Assembly (NCBI RefSeq): GCF_964355755.1
Contig: NC_092674.1
Coordinates: 30,504,001 to 30,568,000 of the forward strand
Length of the DNA stretch: 64,000 bases
Direction: 5' to 3'
Origin: Antedon mediterranea
Taxonomy: Eukaryota; Animalia; Echinodermata
Under the pieces are notes generated by a model that saw only the letters and a list, made by a program, of their open reading frames with translations, was not told where the DNA came from and made no database searches. The stretch's first letter is position 1, and the number at the start of each line of letters is the position of its first letter. A program made the position numbers and the translations under genes. Of the stretch, positions 1 through 12,200 are shown piece by piece.

Positions 1-546
1 CGCAATTCATTTATACTTACACACTACGCAATTCATTAATACTTACACACTACGCAATTCATTTATACTTACACACTACGCAATTCATTTATACTTACAC
101 ACTACGCAATTCATTTATACTTGCACACTACGCAATTCATTAATACTTACATACTACGCAATTCATTTATACTTACACACTACGCAATTCATTTATACTT
201 ACACACTACGCAATTCATTTATACATACATACGCAATTCATTTATACTTACACACTACGCAATTCATTTATACTTACACACTACGCAATTCATTTATACT
301 TACACACTACGCAATTCATTTATACTTACACACTACGCAATTCATTTATACTTACACACTACGCAATTCATTTATACTTACACACTACGCAATTCATTAA
401 TACTTACACACTACGCAATTCATTTATACTTACACACTACGCAATTCATTTATACATACATACGCAATTCATTTATACTTACACACTACGCAATTCATTT
501 ATACTTACATACTACGCAATTCATTTATACTTACATACTACGCAAT
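1..546. repeat. 26-bp minisatellite (CGCAATTCATTTATACTTACACACTA)n, about 21 copies visible, derived from an exon/5' splice-donor junction
   Basis: The tandem 26-mer, with occasional 23-nt variants, runs off the window start. On the minus strand each unit reads ...TGCGTAGTGT|GTAAGTATAAATGAAT, which matches the single-copy exon-2 donor at 6671-6693. Confidence 0.95.
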
Positions 547-1079
547 TTTCATTGTCGGTGTTACGTTTCACGATGTGCTGTTGAGTCTAAAAGGAAATAC
601 ATTTGTTTGTTTTGTTTTACGTTTAAAGTATAGTATACTGTTTTATATATAGCTCAATGTTTGTATGACACAAAGCGGTAGAATGCAATCAAATTTGTAT
701 CTCTTTTTGATTATGATTTCCTTACAGTGTTGGTATTTTACAGAAAGGTATATATGAAGATATCAATTGACGCGCGCGTACAAAGTCCGTACCATAGTAT
801 CAAGATTTTAACGCACGCGTCAAGCGTTGTCGCCTCGTTTGTTGCGTTACAGCAACGATACAAATAAGATGGAATTATACTCACCAGGTTATTACTTATT
901 TTCTCTTCATACACATGAACTTTTGATTTCATTTCGAGAAACAAGTATTCTTGGTTGAAGAAAATCACAGCAACCACAATAGAAATGATGACGTTGAAAA
1001 ATAGCTGTCCACGTGACGACGACGAAACATTACGATTGGTTGTTTCACCAAGAATCCCGTACTCTTTCTCTGTTGACAT
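535..1079 (-). CDS. 5' part (coding exons 1-2) of a type II transmembrane collagen-EGF paralogue; the rest lies outside the window
   Basis: Exon 1 is 1079-885 (MSTEKEY...hydrophobic LFFNVIISIVVAVIFF...ISNNL, GTGAGT donor). Exon 2 is 586-535 (TTTTAG acceptor, TQQHIVKRNTDNENCVV, GTAAGT donor). Both are homologous to exons 1-2 of the gene at 2931-7225. Confidence 0.8.
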
Positions 1080-1937
1080 CCTACTTTAAGAAAATATCAA
1101 CATGTTCACAAAATTTTAAAATCACAATTTAAAGATATATTGTCCCCACAATGAAAATGAAGGTTAATAAATCAGACTTTGAATAGGCAAATTTTGCAGT
1201 TTTAATATTTAAATTGATTAACTTCCGTAGCAATTTTAATAAAGTTATTAAAAAGAAATAAAACAAAAATAATAATTTTACTTTAAAAAAATATAATAAA
1301 CGTAAAATGTATCTAAAACCCCAGACACACATTTTTGCCATTTTATGCCTTATGAATGAATAACCATTATTTGGTATTAAAAAATAATACTTTTGGATAG
1401 ATATTCTCTGACTATGGTAGGCCTAGCTTACCTTGTTATTTGCCAACCAATTACCATGTAGTAGGCCTAGTACCAAGATTCCTGATACACGGTACGGTAT
1501 ATCAATATTGACGGAAACGAAGATCCAGCGGCCGCTTTCAGTAATTTAATAATCCTTTTGGATAGATATTCTCTAACTAAGGAGGCCTAACTTACCTTGT
1601 TATTCTAGTACACCAGTATGTTCTCATCTATCTAAGGTAACCTACTATGAACGTACAGAACCTATCATTGTCTTTTTTGGTATACTCCACTTGACTACCT
1701 GTCAGTCAGAGTTTGTGAATCTTTAGTCGACATAAATTAATTTGTAAATATATTCATTAAGTCTGGAATTTCTATTTTAGTGCCTGACGTATTCTCCCAT
1801 GTACTGCTTCATTCTTCTGTTTAACTCTCCTCATTTTATCATGTAGTGACAACCATTTTCCTTCATGCTTTTTTCCTTAGTACGATGTATTATGACATGT
1901 TTCCCATTCGAATGAAAGTTCGTACGTGCTGGTATAT

Positions 1938-2375
1938 AATTCAATTCAATTCAATTCAAATAAACATTTATTTCTTTCATTCATATTTGAGTAAAAAACA
2001 TTATAATTTCTGATATTTTATAAATAAATATTTTTTTTTTTTTAGAGATATAATACAGTAAATCATAATGTATAAAAAGATGATTCAGTTATATACAAAA
2101 TGAAAGAGGCAAAAAAACCCAAGAAAGTATCGATCAATTGGAAAAAAAAATCCAATTGAAACTTGTATGTTGGGAAGCCATGTAAGAAGATTATATACTT
2201 ATATATATAAATGTAAACATATAACTACACAAACACATATAGATCAACAGACACACACACACACACCAACAGTAAAGGAAGCAATTTCGAAAAAGTTTCT
2301 AAAGTTAAAAAAATATTACAAAATAGAGAAAACAATTAGTTATAATTTGAAATAAGATATTCTTTAAGTTTAAAA
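1938..2375 (-). mobile_element. Probable non-LTR retrotransposon (CR1/L2-like) 3' remnant; also at about 29930-30375 and 49711-50156
   Basis: The minus strand ends in AATAAATGTTTATTTGAATTGAATTGAATTGAA (polyA signal plus simple-repeat tail). The block is replaced by unrelated shorter sequence in the paralogous region at about 8320-8395. Confidence 0.45.
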
Positions 2376-2930
2376 GTTGCAATCAATCCGGTAGTGAACA
2401 AATGTTCTGATGAAGACACGTGAAACATTTTGACAATTTAAGGTTTGTAAAATGTGCTGTAGGTTTATTTAAAATTATACTTTATGTTTTTCATTGTTCT
2501 GACGCTTAGAAACTATTAAAGGGTTAAAGCAAATTTAATGTATAGTAACCTATAGTTTATACACAACACAAGTAATTTGTTTAAAGTACTACTTTTAAAG
2601 AAGGATGTGGTTTGTATATATGTGGGTTCGGAGTAATAGAAACGTTAAGATGACCAGTACATTGTTTGTGTTTCAGATTAATAGAAACAAGCAATGACGT
2701 ACTATATAGTATTCGCACACTAAAGCGTGTCGCAACGCAATCCCAAACAACACGCGTCGTGATTGGTCAAAATACTTGCTTTGCGCTTACATCTTTGCGA
2801 ATAATGGTGTTTCTACCGCTGTTATAAAAAAAACCACACAACACACAAATAATATAAACTGTTTTATTCTAAAATTTTCACCGGCTTATTCTTTGTTGCT
2901 TTTAGTTAATTTTTTAAACATGGATTCGTT

Positions 2931-5900
2931 TTATTTTCCATACATCCAAGCTTCCAGGCAATCCGAACCACTTACAACTGCATGGCCTGTGAAATAAAAA
3001 GAAATCAAATATTAAAGATTGATTATATATTAGGCCTATCTTTTGTTCCAAGTTTTATTTTTAATCGGATATACTAAAATTCTACATTCTACAAAAAAGG
3101 TGTGTGGAGAAGAAAGAAAGAATTTTTGACCAAAAAAGGCCTCCTTGGAAGTGACCAAAATCAAAACCTAGTCTTTTTATTTGTTTAAAAGTTGCTAAGA
3201 GTTATGAAACGCCGCGCGCATAGGCAAACCTATAGCCTTTTTAATGAACAATGTCTCATACTTACTGTTGCATGTTGTTCCTCTAAAACAGTACTTGCAA
3301 CTACATAAATAAGTAGAACCAAGCCTACTACATGTACCACCATTCTTACATGGATTGGGATGACAGGGACCTAAATCAAACATTAATGTTATTTAAAAGT
3401 ATTTTAAAATACTGTATCACACATTCATTCACTAGCTTAAAGTATATTAGCTGATTAGTCAGAGTATATACATGTTATACATAGAATCCGAATGACGCCG
3501 AATGAACGAACGAACGAACGAGTAAAATAAGATAATTCAACGTAACGACATCAGTTTATTTTGATACGCCATGTGTGCCAAATTGTTTATCCTTTTACGA
3601 TAATTTGATCGAATTCCCCCCCCCCCCCCCCGACAAATTTTACTGATTATACTGACGGATTTTATATAATAAATACAAATTACCTGGAGCTGGTCCCTCT
3701 GCGCCTGTGAATAAGAAATAAAATGAATTATTTAGTAATATAAAGTACTGTATGACACTATCGGAACTAAGTGTTGAGAAACCTTCTAAGCAAATTATTT
3801 AGTCCAAATGGCGGCAAAACACTAAATAAATACAAACAGTGACTTTTAATCTATAAAATATACTACAAGACCACTTGAAATTCAAATACATTTTATAGTA
3901 GCATTTACCCTTTGGTCCTCGTGATCCCTGTGATCCTTTAGGTCCTCGGGCTCCTTCTGATCCCTTTGATCCTGGTGGTCCTTGTGCTCCTCTAGCTCCC
4001 CCTGATCCCCTTGGTCCTGGTGGTCCTTGTGGCCCTTGTTCCCCTCGAGTTCCTCCTGAACCCTTTGGTCCTGGTGGTCCTTGTGCTCCTAGAGCGCCTT
4101 CTGATCCTCTTGGTCCTGGTTGTCCGGTTGGTCCTTGTGCTCCGTGAGCTCCTTCTGTCCCCTTTGATCCTTGAGCTCCTCCTGAACCCTTTGGACCTGG
4201 TGTTCCTTGTGCTCCGCGAGCTCCGCCTGTCCCATTTGGTCCTGGTGATCCTTGTGCCCCTCGTGCTCCTTCTAATCCTCTTGGTCCTAGTGGTCCTTGT
4301 GGTCCCATTGACCCTCTTGATCCATTGGACCCTGGTTGTCCCGGTTGTCCATTGTCTCCGACAGTTCCTAATAAATTGTACCAATTATGTCAATAAAAAA
4401 ATCAGGCTTAGAATTAAGCCTAACGTAATGCGTAATTGACTGATTTTGAAGCACTAAGTTTCAGTGGTTCGTCGTCTGATACAATTTGGCGCCAGAATTA
4501 AGAATTTAAAAAACGTGTTTGCATAATTGCAATAACAGGACCATAATATGTAAAACAGGTGCAATATCTATATGTTTTTATCCTGTCTAAATATGTTTTA
4601 AATAAAATAAAATAGAAAAATAAATAACTGTCGTCGTATGGAACGCCAAGCAATAACATATGCCAACCCATTAGGATTAAGCAAATTTTAATTAATAGCC
4701 CTATGCCATAATAAAAAAGTATGGATTATAATCCTATTACAAAATAAATAAATCGTTCAAGTACTATAGTATAATCTTATAGAAACAACAGAGTAAGAGT
4801 AATCACTTACCTTGGTCCCCTTTCGGGCCCTTTAGACCTATAGTAAAAATAAATGATGTAAATTTTTTTTTTATTAAACCTTATTTAGTGAGGATGACCC
4901 TCAACAGGACGTTATGCTGACAATCAAAGGGCCATCATAAAAACATAAAAAACATATATGGAATAAGAAAAACGGATAAACTATGTTTAAACAAAAATAT
5001 ATACATAAATACAAAAATATAGGTTACAATACTATAATAATAATAATAATTATAATAATAACAGGATTTGTATAGCGCACATACCACTCAAGAGTGCTCA
5101 AGGCGCATTCAAAAAAATAAAAACAAATCATACAAATGCCTGACAAATAAAATGCAATTTCTTTGGAGGGTCCCCATCCGTTCTCGTTCTGTCGCGGTCC
5201 CGGACCCCTACCTAGGTGACCAAACAAAGGTTTTTATACAAAACGTTGAGGTTTTTCTTTTGGAATTAAATATGTTTTTAGAGCAGACTTAAAATTGTTT
5301 ATTGTTACCGCATTTATAAGTTTGGTGGGTATACTCAGGTATGTTGGTGCTCTATAGATAAAGCTGTTCTTAAAATTTTCGGTTTTAGGGAAAGGTACGA
5401 CAAATGTCCTCTCATTGACACTTCGGTGAATTAATTAATTCGGTTATTAATTGATTATTGAACATATCCTAAATGTTTTTTCTGAAATGTGATTATAAAT
5501 TTTCTTGTCTGCTTCTTTTCTGAACTTCTTACTCACCACGTTTGCCTTTTTTCCCCGGCTTGCCTACACCAACTTCGCCTTTAATTCCAGGAGAACCAAA
5601 CAATCCCGTCTCACCTTTATTACCCATATTACCTTTTAAATAAATGTTAAAAAATTATTGTCTTTGTAGTGTAATAAAATAAAATCTACAAACATTAATA
5701 AAGAATGTAATATATTATTTATCAATATTTGTAGAACATTTTATATATCAAAAATATATGTTGACCAATTTAATTAATTTGTTTGGTTAATCTAGATGTG
5801 TTGACTACTAAGTAATGTGAACAAACAATATGTTGAAGTCATGCTAATTTATTACGCATATCTACCTACCCTTTTCTCCTTTACTGCCCATCGCACCATG

Positions 5901-7225
5901 TTGTCCGGGAATACCAGGTACACCTGAAATGTTTAAACGTTATTATTGTTACTATATTGTATGACGTCATGACATCACCACTACACTCCGTCGTAATAAA
6001 TACCTCCCAACAACCAATTAGCTATATACAATTCCCGTTATCCAATCGCACACATTTTCAAATTAATTACGTTTTCACATATCAGACTTTCGAGTCGGAA
6101 AGTCATTCTAAAACACATGAGCATGTATATGCATCACTAATTCAACCAGCACCAGTACGATTTCATCGTCATAAATCAAATTGTATCAGCACCCTATTAC
6201 TTAAATATTTCACCTTGACCACATTCGTAACATTTTATTTAGTTGTGGTTTTTAGTGGCGTGCAAAGGCGACTCTATAGCTCACAATGTCGGTCGGTCGG
6301 TTGGTTGGTCGGTCGGTCGGTAAACACTAACTCAAAATTGAGACTGCAGCAATGTATATGGCCTTGTTTATCAGAGATCCGCACATTATATTATTTCTAT
6401 ACTTTACCCCAAATAATCCCTTTCCTCACCTGGAGCTGCCGGGACTGGGCTGTTACCCTTCTGGCCTTTTGGGCCTGGTGGTCCTGTAGGGCCTGAAACA
6501 AATAATTATAGATATAGAAAATGTACAGAAATAGTTGATCATGCCTCCTCCACCCAGATACTTATGATAATTGGCTCAATTTGAAATACCCAAAATACAC
6601 ATAAATAAGTATTATACATAATACGTTAATATTCGTCGTCAAACGATTATTCATTATTCTTGCATTTCCTTTATACTTACATACTACGCAATTTTCATGG
6701 TCGGTGTTACGTTTCACGATGTGCTGTTGAGTCTAAAAGGAAATACATTTGTTTGTTTTGTTTTACGTTTAAAGTATAGTATACTGTTTTATATATAGCT
6801 CAATGTTTGTATGACACAAAGCGGTAGAATGCAATCAAATTTGTATCTCTTTTTGATTATGATCTCCTTACAGTGTTGGTATTTTACAGAAAGGTATATA
6901 TGAAGATATCAATTGACGCGCGCGTACAAAGTCCGTACCATAGTATCAAGATTTTAACGCACGCGTCAAGCGTTGTCGCCTCGTTTGTTGCGTTACAGCA
7001 ACGATACAAATAAGATGGAATGATACTCACCAGGTTATTACTTATTTTCTCTTCATACACATGAACTTTTGATTTCATTTCGAGAAACAAGTATCCTTGG
7101 TTGAAGAGAATCAAGGTCACAACAATAGAAATTATGACGTTGAACAATAGCTGTCCACGTGACGACGACGAAACATTACGATTGGTTGTTTCACCAAGAA
7201 TTCCGTACTCTTTCTCTGTTGACAT
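2931..7225 (-). CDS. Type II transmembrane collagen with C-terminal EGF-like domain (gene A1), 10 coding exons, 375 aa, apparently intact
   Basis: Exons with GT/AG ends and consistent phases: 7225-7031 (cytoplasmic tail, TM), 6732-6681 (HIVKR, CVVC), 6492-6430, 5923-5870 (54 bp), 5632-5537, 4837-4811 (27 bp), 4367-3909 (459 bp = 51 GXY), 3704-3684, 3370-3266 (EGF: CHPNPCKNGGTC...CSC...C), 2986-2931 (SHAVVSGSDCLEAWMYGK*). The total is 1128 nt with an open frame. Confidence 0.85.
4862..5470 (-). mobile_element. Decayed LINE (CR1/L2-type) 3' fragments in a collagen gene intron; copies at about 33095-33710 and 52876-53491
   Basis: Translation (see ORF 33465-33704) PFPKTENFKNSFIYRA...TINNFKSALKTYL resembles the C-terminus of CR1/L2 ORF2. 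L2-like tail GCGCTATACAAAT...(TTA)n and a second A-rich tail are present. The block is absent from the equivalent intron of paralogue B (28218-28387). Confidence 0.6.
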
Positions 7226-9225
7226 CTTACTTTAAGAAAATATCAACATGTTCACAGTTTAATCACAATTTAATGATGTATTATCCCCAAAAAACATGAA
7301 AAATTAACATTAATAAATCATATTTTGAATAGGCAAATTTTGCAGTTTTAATAAATTTATTTATTTCCGTAGAAATAAAAAGCACAAATGATTTCACTTA
7401 TAAAAAGATATAGTAAACGACAAATATATCTAAAACCCCAGATAGACAATTTTGCCATTTCATGCCTTAGCCTATATAAGTGAATAACCATTACCTTATG
7501 TGAAATATGTTTCAGGGACAATTAACTCTTAATTTTAACGGAAAACTGCAATAGAAGACGATTTCTGCTTTACCTTATCGTTTTGATTTAACTTTGTGCG
7601 TGTTTTATTTGTATCTTCATTGATATCCAGCAGCCGCTTTCAGTAATTTAATATTCCTTTTGGATTGATATTCTCTAACTAAGTTAGGCCTAAGCCTAAC
7701 TTACCTTGTTATTTGCCAACCAATTACCATGTAGTAGTACCAAGATTCCTGATACACGGTACGGTATATCAATATTGACGGAAACGAAGATTCAGCAGCC
7801 GCTTTCAGTAATTTAATTATCCTTTTGGATAGATATTCTCTAACTATGGAGGCCTAACTTACCTTGTTATTTTTTAAATAGTCTAGTACACCAGTATCTT
7901 CTCATCTATCTATTATAGCAAGATTTCTGATACACGGTACTTTATACCAATATTAACGGAAACGAAAAGAATATATCAAAACCACTAAATGAGGAAAACA
8001 TCCTATGATACTGGTACTCTTCCAGGAATTGTTAAGGAAACCTACTATGAAAGTACAGAACCTATCATTGTCTTTTTGGTATACTCAACTTGACTACCTG
8101 TCAGTCAGAGTTTGTGAATCTTTAGTCGACATAAATTAATTTGTAAATATATTCATTAAGTCTGGAATTTTTATTTTAGTGCCTGACGTATTTCTCCCAT
8201 GTACAGCTTCATGCTTCTGTTTAACTCTCCTTTTATCATGTAGTGACAGCCATTTTCCTTCATGCTTTTTTCCTCCTTAGTACGATGTATTATGACATGT
8301 TTCTCATTCGTGCTGGTATAAAATATAAAGTTTTTTTAAACAAAATAATTACAGCACAAAATTGAACAAAATTAAATTTTCTCCTGAATAGTGTGTCCGG
8401 TAGTAAAAATATGTTCTCCTGACGACGAAGACACGTGAAACATGTCAACAATTCAAGGTTTGTCGAATTTTGTGCTATAGGTTTGTTTTAAAAACACTGC
8501 ATGTTTCCCATTGTTCGGACGCTTAAAGCAAATTTAATGTATAGCAACCTATAGTTTATACACGACACAAGTAATTTGTTTAAAGTACTACTTTTAAAGA
8601 AGGATGTGATTTGTATATATGTGGGTTCGGAGTAATAGAAACGTTAAGATGACCACCAGTACATTGTTTGTAGGTTCGGAGAAATAGAAACGTTAAAATG
8701 ACCAGTAAATAATTGTTTGTGGGTAAATTTCGGAGTAATAGAAACAAGTAATGACGTATAGTATTCGCTAGTAATTTGACCAACGATTTTGAGTCTGAAC
8801 TGAATCGAACGGCAAACAATTTTAGAACTTCTGAACCCCAGGAAAGTGTACCGACTCTTTGTGAATTGCTTTGTTTAAAGCCACTCACTTAAATTAAACC
8901 TGACGTTAAAATTTGAAATATATAAGACAACATAGACAATTTAATGTTTTATTTAGATTATATGACATTCGGTAATGTTAAGGGACCTTATAAATCATAC
9001 ACATTCTTGGTAAACAACTTTTTCATGAACTGATTTATAGGCCATGTCAGTATTTTTAATGTTTCGTTACATTAATGTGTATTTCTATTGGTGGTTCAAA
9101 AGAAAACACCTACCACAGGTTACCATAAAAGGGAAAACTTGTTTAAAAATATCACAATTGGAACATTGGTTCTCTTATCAAGATCACATAAGTCTGAATA
9201 TTGGAAATCAGTTTCTTTAATCACT

Positions 9226-12200
9226 ATGCAGCTTAAGTAAGTATCTTGTTAATGTTAATACTTGGTGTATTCATTATGTAGAATAAGTTCTGAAGTACAG
9301 TTTGATCTGTTACACATGAATTAATGATTGTACAGTTATATATACTAGTCTAGTGTAAAAAATGGGATTGGATCCAATATTAATTCGTCAAATAACATTC
9401 TTATTTGATTATTATTATTATTATTATTAGTGTTATTATTATTATTATTATTAATAGTAGTGTTATTGTTATTATTATTATTATTATTATTATTGTTAGT
9501 GTTATTATTATTATTATTATACGCTCGCTTCGCTCGCGTACCATCTAGGTCGTGCCCACAGAAGGTTCTCGAATACACAGTAATTTCAGCGTTAAAAAAC
9601 TGGCGATTTCAAATGTACAATAATGCAGGACAATAATATATGTCGTTTACAGGAACGATTAAAGCCCCATTCCCTATGTTTTTTAGATTTAATTTAAGAT
9701 CACAAACTATATTTAAAAATAATACTATATGGTCCTATTGCGATAACTTTTTTCGTCTTTAAACGGTTAAAAATGTGAAAAATAAGTCGATTCTAATAAT
9801 TATAGCGGCCCGCTATAAATCCCAAAATGCATTGCGCGCGGATAGATATTTTTGTTTTTCACCTGTAATTCGCCCACTTTTCGATCGATCGTGAGGCCAA
9901 AACAAATGGAAGACTCCTTAACTTTTCAGCGAAAATACCGGGTTTTCCCCAATTTGTATCAACGGAGTCTGGCAAAAATAGAAAGACAATTAATGCAGCA
10001 ACTATACAACGTCAGGCTAGGTATATAGCTAGCGTACGATGTTCGTACGTTACCGATGTTTACCAGCTAGGCCTACAAAACTAAGCCTAGCTAGGCTAGG
10101 CCTAAGACCGTCCACGAGAGGTCGATCGCCGCGAGCTACTTAGGTAGTGCATTGTTTTTCACTTTTTATCATAATTTACCATAAAACGTACATTTAAGAC
10201 AAGGAATGACATGGTTTAATGTTTTTAAAGTGATATATATGTATTATTTTCCAAAAAACGTCCACAATTGCAGGGAAGGGGTCTTTAAATAGACACTGTG
10301 ATTGATGTACTCAACTAAAATTAGCACACTGGGAATTACTTCCGAAAGAGAAAGTTGTCACAAAATGAGACCAATTCAAATTTAAACAAACTTAATTTGT
10401 GTTTTGTATGTAACATTATGGTTGAGAGATGGGGAAGAGGATGGGTGCAAAGAGGAACAATTTTTAAATATATTCTTTATTTTGTAACGAAATATTAATT
10501 AACATGTTTTACAAATAATATACCACTAAACACAGTAAAACATTGCGATGTATACTTTGTTGAAACTATCACCGTCGTAGTCGATTGAAATAGTACAGTA
10601 CATGTAACGATACACTACGACGTATGTTTATATATAATGTTAAACAATTTGTGAAAACCACCTCTATTCGGGGCAAATCATAAATTCGATTTAATCGGTA
10701 ATAAATATTAAATTACGGCGACTGAAAACGCTAGCTCATTATCCGTTTAAAAAAAATTATATCCAACCTCTGCAGCACAGATTGAAAAAAAAAATGGATC
10801 GAATTTCTGTTATGAGTATACAGTACTTTCCTTTACGACGCCTGAGGGAATAGACATTTGTGGAACGACACAGAGATTGGAATGTTCCATTCATCGCAAA
10901 TCAATACATTTGTATAAACGTATATTAAATCTATCAAAATAGTATTTTTTTAAGAAAATCGGCCTGTCTTCAACATTATGATACTATACTCCAGCTGTTC
11001 AACCGGTTTTCAGCTATTAAAAACAATTATCGTAGGAGGAGATAGGAAAATGCGAAGCCTCCTCGCATTTTTGTGGCGGGTATTTTTCAAGATGGACATC
11101 CATTAGACAGTGTATACCACGATCGGAAAACACCCCTATCTGGGGCAAATCGTTGAACCTAAATTCGTTTTAATCGTCCATAACTAATTATCTAACTTAA
11201 TTTAATTAGTAAACAGGGTTACATCAGGCGGTTAAAATCAGTACCGAAAGTACGAACCAACTTTACATACCATCGAGTAAAAATTCTAAAAGTAAGGCGC
11301 GATTTACCGAATTTTGCCCTTACGTAAATTTATATATAGATTACTAGATGGTACGCGAGCGAAGCGAGCGTACCATCTAGGTCGTGCCCACAGATGGTTC
11401 TCGAATACACAGTAATTTCAGCGTCACAAAACTGGCGATTTCAAATGTACGTACCGCAGACACGATGATTTATGTAGTCAACTAAAATTACCACTCTGGG
11501 AATTACTTCCGAAGGAGAAAATTATCACAAAATGAGTCCAAATTTTTGATTTGGACTCATTTAAAGAAACCCAATTTGTGTTTTGTATGGGTTTTTTTAT
11601 ATTAGGGTTGAGGGATGGGAAAGCGGATAGGTACAAAGAGGAACAATTTTTAAATATATTCTTTATCCACTCAGTAACGAAATATTTTTTTCGTGTTTTA
11701 TAGGCCTATAAATAATATACCTCTAAATACAGTAAAACATTTGCGATTTAATCCCGGATTTAATACTTTGTTAAAACTGTCACTGTCATAATCGATTGAA
11801 ATATTAAAGTACATGTCACGATACACCACTACGACGTTTATTTTATTGGTAATTATTAATTAATACAAACGTTGAGAAGGAACTGTCAGTATAAAGTTTA
11901 TTTGTATATAATAATGTGTTTATATATCTAACAGTAGATCCTATCCACAATCTCAGTAATAAAGTTTATCTGTATATATTTTTATATTACATCTAACAGT
12001 ACGAACATTCACAGTAAGAAATGTTCGATTCAAATGAGGACTAAAAATAGTTAATAGGTATTTACAGTATTGTCAAAGTATTGCAAGTTTATTCTCAAAG
12101 GGCCCATATATTTACCTACCGTATGTGTTAAACCAAGGGCTCATAAATTTACCTACTTGTGTTAAACCAAACTCTGGCAGACTGAGAGATTGGGATGTTC

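Noticed and set aside
1-546. CRISPR-like appearance of the tandem arrays (also 14718-15572)
   Set aside because: The units are contiguous with no unique spacers, there are no cas genes, and the context is eukaryotic.
121-633. 170-aa repetitive ORF
   Set aside because: It is a translation of the 26-bp minisatellite, antisense to the real gene.
738-884. C-terminal half of the 113-aa ORFs (also 6884, 35823, 55604), including a second hydrophobic stretch
   Set aside because: It is read-through into intron 1 past a consensus GTGAGT donor.
3992-4439. Arg/Thr-rich, Leu/Val-rich and DHQ-rich ORFs overlapping collagen exons (also 26902-27915, 32114-32671 and copies)
   Set aside because: They are alternative-frame and antisense shadows of GXY codon repeats.
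8620-8750. Three degenerate about 50-bp repeats with one ISRE-like GAAATAGAAA in the intergenic region
   Set aside because: The short motif is expected by chance in AT-rich DNA and is not conserved in the other repeat units. The overlapping 102-aa ORF has no support either.
9345-9636. Poly-Asn and poly-Leu ORFs
   Set aside because: They are translations of the (TAT)n microsatellite.
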